Position numbers and translations under genes: made by a program
In this document: positions 1-10,900 of the stretch, in pieces
Numbering within the stretch: position 1 is the stretch's first letter
How the letters are laid out: every line of letters starts with the position of its first letter
Notes under the pieces: generated by a model
What the model saw: only the letters and a program-made list of their open reading frames with translations
The model's database searches: none
What the model was told of the DNA's origin: nothing
Assembly (NCBI GenBank): GCA_963675745.2
Contig: CAXXWX010000001.1
Coordinates: 192,001 to 256,000 of the forward strand
Reading direction: 5' to 3'
Length of the DNA: 64,000 nucleotides
Origin: Phycisphaerae bacterium
GTDB lineage: Bacteria > Planctomycetota > Phycisphaerae > UBA1845 > Fen-1342

Positions 1-128
1 GACCGATGGAAGCTCGACCGCGCCGGCGTTTCAGAAAGGTCTCTGGTGCCGAAGGCTCATTGTATGTACGGCTGGTTTCGCGTCCAGTTCAACCGGCGTT
101 CCGGTATTTGACTCTCAATTCGGGCGCA

Positions 129-539
129 TCACGCGTCGTTCTGCAAACGCCGGAGCCGGTATCGCCGGATCGCTTCCAGCAGGCCGAGCGTGGCAGCGCC
201 GCCGATGCTGTCCGCACACCAATCGCCCAGTTCGGCTCCGCGGCGCATGAGCGGCTGTGTCACCTCGTCAAAGGCCGCATACGCCAGCACAACCACCAGC
301 GCCTTCCAGACGAACCAAGGGCCGAGGGTTCCGTAGCACGATTTCATGAAACGCCAGAGGAGCAGCGCCAACAGCCCAAACGCCACCATGTGAACCACTT
401 TGTCGCTGCCGCGCGGTCCAGCCAGATTCAAGCCGGGGAAGTGTGTCACGCAGAACAGGAAAATCCAGTAGGCTGGGAAGATGCGTCGCCAGAAGTGGTC
501 CGCCGGCGACACTGGCAAACGCGCGTCGTCCGCGCTCAT
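129..539 (-). CDS. VanZ-like family membrane protein
   Basis: Motifs SDKVVHMVAFGLL, AFDEVTQP and R..ELGDWCADSIG. The start overlaps the parA stop (ATGA). Confidence 0.8.
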   Translation of the reverse strand: MSADDARLPVSPADHFWRRIFPAYWIFLFCVTHFPGLNLAGPRGSDKVVHMVAFGLLALLLWRFMKSCYGTLGPWFVWKALVVVLAYAAFDEVTQPLMRRGAELGDWCADSIGGAATLGLLEAIRRYRLRRLQNDA

Positions 540-1480
540 GACAGCGCTGCCTCCGAGGCGTCCGCGGCGGCGATGTCGCCAGGCTGGGGAGGGACATCCA
601 GCTCTGCGGCCGGCGCGCGCTGATCACAGGGCGCGGGTGGTGGCAGCTCACCCACGTCCTCACTTGCAAGTGTTGCGGCGTGGACAATGGGCGCAGATGA
701 CATCGACGTCAATTCGGCCGCCAGTGATTCGTAATCAGCGGCCCCGTGGCTGCCCGGGGCATAATCGAAGATTGTCTTCCCAAAGCTCGGGCACTCGGCG
801 AGCTTGATGTTGCGGCGAATCCGCGTGTCAAACACCTGCGCGCCGTGCCAGGCATCACCGGGCGACGCCCTCTCGACAAAGTTGCGCACGTCGCCCACGA
901 CTTCCTGGGCCAGCCGCGTGCCGCTTTCAAACATGCTGAACAAAATGCCGGAGATGCGCAGATCGGGGTTGATTTCATCGCGCACCAACGTGACCGTTTC
1001 GAGCAGCTTGCCCAGCCCCTGGAGCGCCAGAAAGTGCGGCTGAAGCGGGATCAAGACTTCGTGTACGGCCGCCAGAGCGTTGACCGCCAGCAACCCCAGA
1101 GACGGCGCGCAATCCACGAGACAGTAATCTACGTCTTCGAGCAAGGGCCGCAGAGCACCGGCAAGAATCGTATGGCGATCGGGTTGCTCGGCCATCTCGA
1201 TTTCGGCGGCGACCAGATCTACATGTGACGGGAGAACCAGCAGATTCTTGTCGAGCCGGCGCACAGCTTCGAGGACCGAGCGACGCCCGCAGAGCACATC
1301 ATAAATGCTGGGCTCTTGGCCATTGAGCTCAATGCCGAGGTGCATGCTTGCATGGGCCTGTGGATCGCAGTCGACCAGCAGGACGCGCCGGCCGCCACGC
1401 GCGATCGCGGCGGCGACATTCACCGCCGTCGTGGTTTTGCCCACACCACCCTTCTGATTGACCACCGCGATTGACCGCAT
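536..1480 (-). CDS. parA: ParA/Soj family ATPase
   Basis: Deviant Walker A NQKGGVGKTTT, DCDPQAH, DCAPSLG, IRRNIKLAECPSFG. Start placed at MRSIAVVN (ATG 1480). Confidence 0.9.
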   Translation of the reverse strand: MRSIAVVNQKGGVGKTTTAVNVAAAIARGGRRVLLVDCDPQAHASMHLGIELNGQEPSIYDVLCGRRSVLEAVRRLDKNLLVLPSHVDLVAAEIEMAEQPDRHTILAGALRPLLEDVDYCLVDCAPSLGLLAVNALAAVHEVLIPLQPHFLALQGLGKLLETVTLVRDEINPDLRISGILFSMFESGTRLAQEVVGDVRNFVERASPGDAWHGAQVFDTRIRRNIKLAECPSFGKTIFDYAPGSHGAADYESLAAELTSMSSAPIVHAATLASEDVGELPPPAPCDQRAPAAELDVPPQPGDIAAADASEAALS

Positions 1481-1620
1481 GCAACCAGTATAAGAACGAA
1501 CGCCGGGAAGACAAAGGTGATGCGCGCGCGGAATGTGCCGGGAGCGACGGTTGGCAAGACGCTGGCCGCCACGCTGTGGGGAGTCTGAGATCATCCTGAG
1601 TAGGCGTGGCAGGCCGCGCG

Positions 1621-2628
1621 CTACCAGTCTTTCTCGACCGGGCGGCTCTGTGCCTCGCGCAGCGCCTGGAGAATCTCGCGTGCCTTAAGCTGCTCGCGAC
1701 GTTCGCGGGCGTTATCGCGAATGCGTTGTAGCAAGGCCTCGGCTTGCTGGCGCGTCAGGGGCATGGCCTTTGCCGGCCGCTGTTCGTGCTCGCCATCCGA
1801 TTCAGACTCACCCTCGCGCGGTTCACCCTCATTCGCCTGTGGCTGGTTTTCTTCAACGTTCTGATCGCCGGATTGCTGCTCATCCTGAGGCTTGTCCTGG
1901 CCATCTTCGCCCGGCTGCTGCTGCTCATCCTGTTGGTCGGAGTTCTGCTGCTCGCCCTGGTCGCCGGCTTGCTCCTGATTATTCTGCCCATCTTGCTGTT
2001 GCTGCTGCTGGCCATCTTGCGGCTGGGTCGAGGGTTGCGTCGATGGTTGTGTCGACGGCTGGGATTGCGGCTGCTGGCCCTCGGGAGGCTCCAGTTGCTT
2101 GCGCAGTTTGCAGGCCAGTTCGAGATTGGCGCGCGCATCATCACATTGCGGGTCAAGCCGCAGGGCGTCGCGATATTGGGCGATGGCGCGTTCGAGCGAT
2201 GCGCCGGCCCGCTCGGCCACCTGTTGAAGCTGCGCTGGATCCTGTTGACCCTCCGCTGAAGACAAGGTCGCGAGCGTTTCCGCGTAGTTCACATTGCCGA
2301 GGTTGTAACGCATGCGCGCCTCAAACGCCGCGTCGCGCAGCGTGGCCGCCCGCACCCACAGGCCGCGCGCGTCGTCGTACTGCCCGAGCTCGAAATGCGC
2401 CGCCGCCCGATTCTGCAGGAGTTCGGGGAGGATCGACTCGTCGGCGTCCTCGTCAACCTGCGAATACAGCTCCAATGCATCGGCGTAACGCCCGGCCTGG
2501 AATTGCCCATTGCCGGCCTGGATGAGCTCGCGGGACGTGGCCGCAGTGCCGGTAGCCGCGGCCAGCGCGCAGAGGACGATCGGGAGCACTGCCATCCGGA
2601 GATAATCTCTGGAAGCCATCGCGCTCAT
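1621..2628 (-). CDS. BatC-like TPR protein with Q/E-rich linker
   Basis: Signal peptide, TPR motifs (YNLGN; DARANLELA), QPST repeats, and the C-terminal ..EKDW typical of BatC/BatB tails. Confidence 0.8.
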   Translation of the reverse strand: MSAMASRDYLRMAVLPIVLCALAAATGTAATSRELIQAGNGQFQAGRYADALELYSQVDEDADESILPELLQNRAAAHFELGQYDDARGLWVRAATLRDAAFEARMRYNLGNVNYAETLATLSSAEGQQDPAQLQQVAERAGASLERAIAQYRDALRLDPQCDDARANLELACKLRKQLEPPEGQQPQSQPSTQPSTQPSTQPQDGQQQQQQDGQNNQEQAGDQGEQQNSDQQDEQQQPGEDGQDKPQDEQQSGDQNVEENQPQANEGEPREGESESDGEHEQRPAKAMPLTRQQAEALLQRIRDNARERREQLKAREILQALREAQSRPVEKDW

Positions 2629-3680
2629 GCCGCCTCCTGTGCCTGCCAGCGCTGCGCGGCTCTGGCAAACCGCGGGCCGCCGCCCACCAGCGAATCGAGC
2701 AGCAACAGCGCAAAGGCCGCCACGGCAAAGGGATGATACCGCGACGGCTTGGGAATCAGCTCGCGCTGCTCCTCTTCATGATATTCGATCGCCGACACGA
2801 CGCGGTGGAAGATGCCACCCAAATCGAAGTTCTGCGTGCCGACCGGGACAAACACATTCAGGTCGGACACGCGCGCGATCTCGCGCAGTTGGCCGAAGTT
2901 CGCACGGGTCCAGACCGTATGGCCATCGTGTTCGACATACTCGGTGCCGCGCTCGGTCTGGATCGGGATGCGCGCCCCTTCCCGCTCGTCCCCCAGGGCC
3001 AGCGCCACGATCGGGATGCCATGGTCCTCCCACAGACCACGCGCCGCCTCGACCGGGTAGCTGTCCTGGTCCTCGCCATCGGTGATCAGCACGACCACCT
3101 TATATGTGTCGAGCGGGGAGTTGAACGCGTCGGCGGCCATGCGAATCGCGTCGCCGATGAGCGTACCGCCGCGCGGGCTGCTCTCGGTAGTAACATCCTC
3201 GAGCGCTAGCCGGAAGAATCCGTAATCACTGGTGAGCGGACACTTGAGTCGAGGCACGCCGGCAAACGTGATCAGGCCGACGCGATCGCCGCCCAGCGCC
3301 GGCAGCAGATCCTCGCGGATGGCGATCTTGGCGCGTTCCAGTCGGCTGGGCGCGATGTCGCGCGCCAGCATTGAGCGCGACACGTCAAGCACGACCAGCA
3401 CGTCGACATTGCGCCGAATAACCTTGCGCTCCGTCTCGCCCCAGCGCGGCCCGATCAGTGCGCCAACCAGAGCCACCAGGCAGGCGACCACCAGCACCAG
3501 TCGCAATAGGGGCCGGAGCCAGCCAACACGCGGGGCGAGCACGGCCAGCAACGGCGCATCGGCAAAGGCGCGCATCGCCCGACGTCGTTGCCAGTTGCCG
3601 TATACGCCGATCACGGCCACGCCCAGCGCGACCCACAGCAGGTGCAGCCATTGCAGATTGTCAAACGTCATTCGCGTCAC
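2625..3680 (-). CDS. BatB-like VWA domain protein
   Basis: MIDAS motif DVSRSM, SRLERAK, ITDGED. The GTG start overlaps the upstream TGA. Confidence 0.85.
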   Translation of the reverse strand: MTRMTFDNLQWLHLLWVALGVAVIGVYGNWQRRRAMRAFADAPLLAVLAPRVGWLRPLLRLVLVVACLVALVGALIGPRWGETERKVIRRNVDVLVVLDVSRSMLARDIAPSRLERAKIAIREDLLPALGGDRVGLITFAGVPRLKCPLTSDYGFFRLALEDVTTESSPRGGTLIGDAIRMAADAFNSPLDTYKVVVLITDGEDQDSYPVEAARGLWEDHGIPIVALALGDEREGARIPIQTERGTEYVEHDGHTVWTRANFGQLREIARVSDLNVFVPVGTQNFDLGGIFHRVVSAIEYHEEEQRELIPKPSRYHPFAVAAFALLLLDSLVGGGPRFARAAQRWQAQEAA

Positions 3681-4690
3681 GGGATTTTCCTCAGGCGAGT
3701 GGACGCGAGCAGTGTTTGCAGGCCCAGACACACGAACGCGGTGAGCAGCCACGGCTGTGCACGTTCGTCCCGCATTACAAAGCGTTTCTCCTCTGTGCGC
3801 GTGCGTTCCAGCTTGTCGATCTCGGTGTAAATGTCTTCCAAGGCGGCGGGCGTCCTGGCGCGGAAATGCCGGCCACCGGTGATTTCGGCGATGTGGCGCA
3901 ACGGCCGATCGTCAACCGGTGCGCGCCCGAACCCGAAACGCGCGCCGGTACCGGCTACGATCGTATAGACCTTGATGCCAAACGTCGCCGCCAGATCACC
4001 GGCCTGCTCCGGTGGAATCTCGCTGGCGTTGTCCTCGCCGTCGGTCAGCAGAATGATCACGCGGCTGGTGATGGTGAGCTGTTCGCCGGAGCCGGTCGTA
4101 CGCTTGAGTTCTTTGAGCCGGGCGGCGGCCAGCGCCAGCGCGTCGCCGATCGCGGTACGATTCTCTTCGCGGATGCGCACCGCCTCGGTTTCCTCGAGGA
4201 TCTCGAGCAGCGTGTCGTGGTCAAGCGTCAAGGGGCAGACGCTATCGGGATATAGTGCGAACTTGATCATGCCGATCAGGTCGTTCGGGCGGCCGGGCAA
4301 ATCCTGGCCATCACCCGCCACGAAACGCCGAAAGACGTCCTTGACGACATCGAGGCGAGACTGCGGCGCTTGGCCCACTTCGGTCATGTCCGGATCGAGC
4401 ATGCTGCTGGACGTATCGAGCACCATTTGAATGGCGATGCCCTCGGCGAAGATCTGTTTTGAAACGTCGGCCTTCTGAGGGCGGGCCACCGCAATGATCA
4501 GGGCAACCAGTGCCGCGGAGCGCAACGTGGGGAGAACCCAGCGCAAGCGTGCGGCGCCGCCGGCGGCCCGGATCGTGGCCAAGCCGGAGAACCGAATCAC
4601 CGGGCGCCGAGCCCGTCGTGACCAGTGCCACCACAGCAGCGGCAGCACCAGCAACAGAAAAAACGCCTGTGGATATGCAAAAACTATCAC
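3677..4690 (-). CDS. BatA-like VWA domain protein
   Basis: N-terminal BatA TM segment, DTSSSM, CPLTLDH, TAIGDAL, LTDGEDN, IDKLE. Confidence 0.85.
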   Translation of the reverse strand: MIVFAYPQAFFLLLVLPLLWWHWSRRARRPVIRFSGLATIRAAGGAARLRWVLPTLRSAALVALIIAVARPQKADVSKQIFAEGIAIQMVLDTSSSMLDPDMTEVGQAPQSRLDVVKDVFRRFVAGDGQDLPGRPNDLIGMIKFALYPDSVCPLTLDHDTLLEILEETEAVRIREENRTAIGDALALAAARLKELKRTTGSGEQLTITSRVIILLTDGEDNASEIPPEQAGDLAATFGIKVYTIVAGTGARFGFGRAPVDDRPLRHIAEITGGRHFRARTPAALEDIYTEIDKLERTRTEEKRFVMRDERAQPWLLTAFVCLGLQTLLASTRLRKIP

Positions 4691-5745
4691 GCCGCCCGCC
4701 CTCCCGCCGACGGCTTTGATGCCTCTGAGCCAATGCCGGCGCGTGTCGTGGATCTGACGAACGTGCGGGCAACATCGAGGGCCTCACCGGCCGCGTCGGC
4801 GTCCGGCTCAAACGCCGCGTATTTCACAACATCACAGCTCTGCATGAACACGCGGAGTTGGTCAACGTCTATGGCCGGCCAGCGATACGCCTCACGGGCG
4901 ATTCTCGTCAGGAACTCGTCGGTCGTCATCTCGGGGGCGGCGACATGAATCTGCTTCTCGATATAACGCCGCAGAATCTCGCTCAGGCCGTAGTAGTGCT
5001 CGCGGATACGCCCCGCGCGCGCCAGATCCTGCGCGGCCAGGGCCGACAGCGCACGCAGCGCCCAGACATCCGCGGGCAATGGCGGCTTGGGGCGCGTCAT
5101 GCGCCGGTGGATCAGCCAGATGGCGGCGATCGCCAGCGCCAGCGCCAGTACAGCCGCGGCCCACACAATCGGCCATAACCACGGATTGACCGGTTTGGGT
5201 GGGAGCAACGTGCCTGTGATTGGGCGCGGCTGCTCGATGCTGTCATGCTCGGTCAACGCGGTGCCCACGTTTATTGTCAGAGTGCTCGACGCAAGCTCAT
5301 GATCGAAGTGGGCCGATTCGTTTGGGTCCGCCGGCCGCGAGGCATACTTCATAACCAGCGGCGGGATTTCAAACGCGCCCGACAACCACGGTGTAACTTC
5401 GAACACACTGCGCCAGTTGAGACCCGCGCCCGCGCCTGGACGCGGCCCGGACGCATCCACGAGCGTTACATCGGCGTCCTTCAGCTCGTCGAGATCGGGA
5501 AACTCCACCAGGTGATCTTCAGGCGTCTCGGCACGAAGCTCAACGGTCAGCGGCTGACCATACGCGGGTGCCTTCGGCGATACTACTACCGTAAAGCTGA
5601 TCGGCCCGCGCTCGGCGGTGGTGCTGGCCACCGGGGGTACCTCGGGTTTGCTGCCACAACCCGCCGCCACCAACGCCAGCACGCACACCGGCAAGCATGC
5701 CACGCGCCGCTGCCGCGCGGCGGATTCGACGCCGCACGCACTCAT
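4687..5745 (-). CDS. Bat-cluster membrane protein/lipoprotein (DUF4381/BatD-like)
   Basis: Lipobox-like AAGC, one TM helix, C-terminal ILRRYIE..APEMTTDEF..CDVVKYA as found between DUF58 and BatA genes. Confidence 0.7.
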   Translation of the reverse strand: MSACGVESAARQRRVACLPVCVLALVAAGCGSKPEVPPVASTTAERGPISFTVVVSPKAPAYGQPLTVELRAETPEDHLVEFPDLDELKDADVTLVDASGPRPGAGAGLNWRSVFEVTPWLSGAFEIPPLVMKYASRPADPNESAHFDHELASSTLTINVGTALTEHDSIEQPRPITGTLLPPKPVNPWLWPIVWAAAVLALALAIAAIWLIHRRMTRPKPPLPADVWALRALSALAAQDLARAGRIREHYYGLSEILRRYIEKQIHVAAPEMTTDEFLTRIAREAYRWPAIDVDQLRVFMQSCDVVKYAAFEPDADAAGEALDVARTFVRSTTRAGIGSEASKPSAGGRAA

Positions 5746-6617
5746 CGCCGTGCCCCCCGCAAGTGGAAGAACTTCCGCAGGGGCTCGACGAATGACTCGC
5801 CGGTCCGCACCTGGATCGCGTCGATGCGGTGCTTGCGGAGCATGCTCAAAAGCTCCTGCCGGCGTTGATCGGCAATCTGTGCGAAACGCCGGCGGAATGC
5901 GCGCGAACTTGCATCCACGACCCGCTGGTCGCCGGTCTCCGGGTCATACAGCTCGAGCAGCCGCATCGGTGGCAGGTGGGCCTCACGGCGATCGCTCACA
6001 ATCACCGGAATCAGGTCGTGCCGGTGGCGGATGACCCGCAAGGCGCCGGTGAAATCGGGGGCCTGAAAATCGCTGATCAGGAAGACGACGGCGCGACGAT
6101 GCAGGACACGGTTAAGCTGCTCCAGCGGTACGCCAACGTTGGTGCCGCGGCCCTCTGGCTGGTGGTAAAGCAGTTCGCGCACGACGCGCAGCACGTGACG
6201 CAGCCCTTTGCGCGCCGGGATGAAGCGCTCGACGCGATCCGTGAACAGTATCATCCCCACTTTGTCGTTGTTCTGATTGGCGGAGAAAGCCAGTGTGGCG
6301 CCGAGCTCGGCAACCAGTTCGGACTTGAGCTGTTCGTGTGTACCGAATGCCTGCGAACGACTCACGTCGACCAGCAACATGATCGTCAGCTCGCGCTCTT
6401 CACGGAAACTCTTGACGAATGGCCGTCCCGCGCGGGCCGTGACGTTCCAGTCGAGCAGCCGGACGTCGTCGCCGGGCTGATACTCGCGCACCTCGTCAAA
6501 CTCGATCCCGCGCCCCTTGAACGCGGAGTGATACTGCCCCGCGAACATGTCATTGACCAGCGCGGACGTTTCGATCTGGATACGGCGGACTTTCTTGAGA
6601 ATCTCTGCGGGGATCAT
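5742..6617 (-). CDS. DUF58 family protein (MoxR-associated)
   Basis: SAFKGRGIEFDEVREYQPGDDVR..DWNVTAR, FREERELT, FLISDF. Confidence 0.9.
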   Translation of the reverse strand: MIPAEILKKVRRIQIETSALVNDMFAGQYHSAFKGRGIEFDEVREYQPGDDVRLLDWNVTARAGRPFVKSFREERELTIMLLVDVSRSQAFGTHEQLKSELVAELGATLAFSANQNNDKVGMILFTDRVERFIPARKGLRHVLRVVRELLYHQPEGRGTNVGVPLEQLNRVLHRRAVVFLISDFQAPDFTGALRVIRHRHDLIPVIVSDRREAHLPPMRLLELYDPETGDQRVVDASSRAFRRRFAQIADQRRQELLSMLRKHRIDAIQVRTGESFVEPLRKFFHLRGARR

Positions 6618-7028
6618 CTTTCCAACCGGCGTCGAGTCTGTCTTGCCGCGCTCACGATTACTACGCCAATTTTATTGACAGCGTCGCAAATTGCGAGCGT
6701 TCGGCGCACACGAGATGGTCGGCGGGTGCTTGCCAGCATGCCCCGGGCGTCAATCCACAGTTAGACGCGGATGTCACTCGATCGGATGGACCGGTGACTT
6801 CGGCCGCGGACCGCCCGCGGACAGGCAGTCCCGCCTCCGCGGACCTAACAGGCCCGCGAATACCACGCTGGTGAATCGGGTAGGTGCCGCGAGCCGGGTT
6901 CGGCGGGAGCAACTGGTGAACCAGTCATCCCCGCCGAACCTGGCCCCCAGGCACGAAATGCGGCATAGTGTGCCCGGCGACCGATAGAGAGACGGCGTCG
7001 GACGTGGTGCCAATCCCCCTGTACGCCG

Positions 7029-7439
7029 CTACGGAAGCGTGTACATGCTGCCGCGGCCGCCCTTGATCTTCTGCCGCTTGATCTTTTTCTCCTTGCACAG
7101 GACGGTCAGGGTGTTGTACGCATCGCCAGGCCGGCCGGCGGCCTTCCACGCCTTGCTGATCTGTGCACCGGTCGCCCCCTTGGCCCCCGCTTTTTTGATG
7201 GTGGTGGCAATCAGCTCGGAGGCGGTCATGTTGAACTTACGGCGTTTGCCTCTCTTTTTGACGGCCGTAAACGCGACCTTCTTGGCGGCGGCGCCGCGAC
7301 CGGTCTTCTTTGTGCTCGGCGTGATCCCAAGGGCGCGAAACGTCCCATCAATTGCGGCAACGGCATCGACGTAGCTCTGTCGCTCGGCCTGTAGCCGGGC
7401 CACTGTGGTCTGGAGATCGTCGATTAGTTTCTTTGACAT
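7029..7439 (-). CDS. Small basic Lys-rich protein, putative DNA-binding/nucleoid-associated
   Basis: N-terminal coiled coil, KKTGRGAAAKK linker, C-terminal wHTH-like segment. RBS GGAGG upstream. Confidence 0.6.
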   Translation of the reverse strand: MSKKLIDDLQTTVARLQAERQSYVDAVAAIDGTFRALGITPSTKKTGRGAAAKKVAFTAVKKRGKRRKFNMTASELIATTIKKAGAKGATGAQISKAWKAAGRPGDAYNTLTVLCKEKKIKRQKIKGGRGSMYTLP

Positions 7440-7901
7440 CCGGTGAGTCCTCCAACACTTTGATATCCGACCCCCGATCGGGTTGGGAGTATACGCGTTG
7501 ACTGCGTGGCTGTCACGTCGCGCTCACCGTCAAATAGTCGCCGAATTACAATTCCGGAGTTCACAGTCCAATCTTCAGATTCCAGATCCTGACGGCCATA
7601 GAGTCTGACCTGCCTCTATTTTCCCTGACATCATATACCGGCTGCTACCAGAGTGGTGTGTGTGGTCTTGCGTGTCGGACGCGACACATGCTCGCACAAT
7701 CACGATGACTCGGAGGTCGAACGCCACCAGCATACATGATTCGATTTGGTAGTAATGCCGGTGTTCCTTGTGGGAGGCAGCGTGGTCCACACGAGGGGCT
7801 GTGGCTGCGCCGATCCTGGCCGGGAGCATTGCGCAAAGTCGGCGGGCCGCCGCGGGAGGTGTCGGCGGCCCGCCAGGGGTGATTCGCTGATGGATAGTCA
7901 A

Positions 7902-10900
7902 CTATCCGCCGATGATAGCGACGAACGCGTCAATATCTCCATTGTTGACCAGCCCGTCACCGTTGCAGTCGGCGAGCATGATATCGCATGACGGGAAATT
8001 CGACGCATACAGGACCGGGTCGGTAACGGCGAGCACGAATGGATCAATGTCGCCATTGTTGACCAGACCGTCGCAATTCAGATCGCCGTCCTGGTATCCA
8101 CCACAGGCTACCGGCCAGGCACCGATCAGGTCGCAGTTCGCATTGGGCGGCGAGAACGGTGCGCAGGGAGAGCTGGCATCCAGCGTGAAGTCATTCGCGC
8201 CGGCGTTGCAGAACAGCGGGTCAAGCGAGATGTTGTTGGGGTCACTGTCCTGGCCGAACAGGCAGTTGACCCAGTCTCCGCCGACGTTACCCCACATGTC
8301 AGAGCAGGTGGCGATGGCGAACGATGGGTCATTCGGCTCACACGCGACGGCTTCGCCCGCGACACTGGACGCGATGATCGTGTTCGTGATCTCGGCGGAG
8401 GAGCCCCAGAAGACGTAGATGCCGCCACCGCCGTAGTTCGGATTGGGGTCGGGGGCGGAGTTGGCGTGGAAGGTGCAGTTATCGACCTGCACAGAGGTGC
8501 CGTTTCCGAGGCAGAGACCGCCGCCGCCGGCGGTGTTCGTGAGGTTGTCGTAGAACGTGCACTTCTCAATAGTGCCGCCGGGCAGGCCGTAGACGGAGAG
8601 TCCGCCGCCACCAACGTTAGCTGTGTTCCCGCCATAGACGCACTCGGAGATGATCGGAACATCGGGGGAAGCCATGGAGGTCATGCCACCGCCGTGACCG
8701 CCGGTGGTCTGATTCCCAGTGAAGGTGGAGCGTCGCAGCTCGACCCAGTTAAACGTCGCCAGGCCGCCACCATCATCGCCCGCGATGTTGTCCTCGAAGA
8801 GGCAGTCGTGCACGACGGCCCAAGTGTAGTGGTCCAGCAGCAGCCCGCCGCCAAAGCTCGGCGCGGTGGTGTTCGAGCGGAACTCACAATCGGTGATCTT
8901 CGGTGAGGCACCGTTGCGCAGCACGGCCATGCCGCCACCGGCGTAAGCGGTGTTATCTTCCAGAATACACTGGTCAATCGTGGGGGACGACGCATTTTTG
9001 ATCACGATGCCGCCGCCCTCGTAGTTGTTGGGATCACTGACCATGTATCCGTTGATGATCTTAACAGCGCGAAGGACGGAGTTGGGATCTTCATCGGACT
9101 GGAAGATAAACCCGCGGTGTTCGTTGGCGGCGCCGGCGGCGCAGTCGATGATGCAGGCTTCGGCGTCGCCGCTCTGCGACTCGACGGTGATCTTCTTGCC
9201 GCCAAAGTCGACATCAATGTTGCCGGCACCGGTGAACGTTGCATCACAGAGCTGGATGATGTCGCCGTCGTACGCGGCGTCAATCGCGGCCTGGATGGTG
9301 GTGAAATCAGCCGGCCCGGTGGGGCAGACCGTGTACGTCTTCGGCACGCCGCAGTTGACGGGCCAGGCACCGATCAGGTCGCAGTTTGAATTGGGCGTTG
9401 CGAACGCCGCACAGGGCGAGTTGGTGTTGAGCGTGAAGTCCTTGCCGGCGGCGTAGCAGAACATCGGGTCGAGCGAGATGTTGTTGGGGTCGGCATCCTG
9501 GCCAAACAGGCAATCGACCCAGTCACCGCCGGCGTTGTTATAGATGTCGCAGCACGTGGCGGTCGCGGTGGCATCGTTCGGCTCACACGCGACGGCCTCA
9601 CCGGCAACACTGGACGCGATGATCGTGTTCGTGATCTCGAGGGATGAGGTCCAGAAGACGTAGATACCTCCGCCAACGGACGGGTCGTTCGGGTCATACG
9701 GGTAAGCGGCGTTGGCGTGGAACGTGCAGTTGTCGACCTCGACACTGGTGTTGTTTCCGAGGCTGAGTCCGCCGCCAGGGCCGGAGTTCACCACGTTGTC
9801 GTAGAAGGTGCACTCATCTATCACGCCGCCGGACAGGCCGTAGACGGAAAGGCCGCCGCCACCAACGTTGGCGGTGTTTCCGCCATAGATGCACTCGGAG
9901 ATGATCGGGACGTCGGGCGAAGCCATGGAAGTCATGCCGCCGCCGTGACCGTTGGTGGTCTGATTCCCGGTGAAAGTGCAGCGTTGCAGGTCGACCCAGT
10001 TGAAGGTTGCCAGACCGCCGCCGTCGTCGCCGGCAACGTTGTCCTCGAAGAGGCAGTCATACACGACGGCCCAGGTGCTGTGGTCAAGCAACAGCCCACC
10101 GCCAAAGCTTGGCTCGGTGGTGTTCGAGCGGAACTCACAATCGGTGATCTTCGGTGAGGCACCGTTGCGCAGCACCGCCATGCCGCCACCCGCGTAAGCG
10201 GTATTATCCTCCAGAATGCACTGGTCGATCGTGGGGGACGACGCGTTCCTGATCACAATGCCGCCACCATCGGCGTCGTTGGGCTCGCCGGTCATGTATC
10301 CGTTGATGATCTTGACCGCGCGGAGCACTGAATTGGGGTCTTCGTCGGAGTGGAAGACGAACCCGCGGTGGCGGTTGGCCGCGCTGGCGGCACAGTCGAT
10401 CACACAGGCCTCGGCGTTGCCACTCTGCGACTCGACGGTGATCTTCTTGCCGCCGAAGTCGACATCGACGTTGCCGGCACCGGTGAAAGTCGCGTCACAA
10501 AGCTGGATGGTGTCACCGTCGGCGGCTGCATTGATTGCCGCCTGAATGGTGGTGTAGTCCGCCGTCCCGGTGGGACAGACCGTGTACGTCATGGCGCCCG
10601 AGCAACCGACGCCATAACAGCCCACCTGCCCGCAGGGCAGCGCCAGCGGAGCGCACGGCGAGTTGGCGTGGACGGTGAAGTCATTTGTGCCGGCACCGCA
10701 GAAGATTGGGTCGGCCTGCATGTTGTTGCGCAGGGCGAGCTGCCCGGACAGGCCGCTGACCCAGTCGCCACCCGAGTTGGAGTAGACATCGGTGCATGTC
10801 GCCGTGACCGAACCGCCGCTGTTCACCCAGGCGGCTTCGCCACCACCGATGCCAAAGGCGATGATGGTGTTGTTAACCGCGGCGCTGGCGTTGTCCCACA

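Noticed and set aside
7902..8090. Dockerin AAC-AAC repeats as a DGR template repeat
   Set aside because: They encode the conserved NN of the Ca-binding loops and do not align to the VR.
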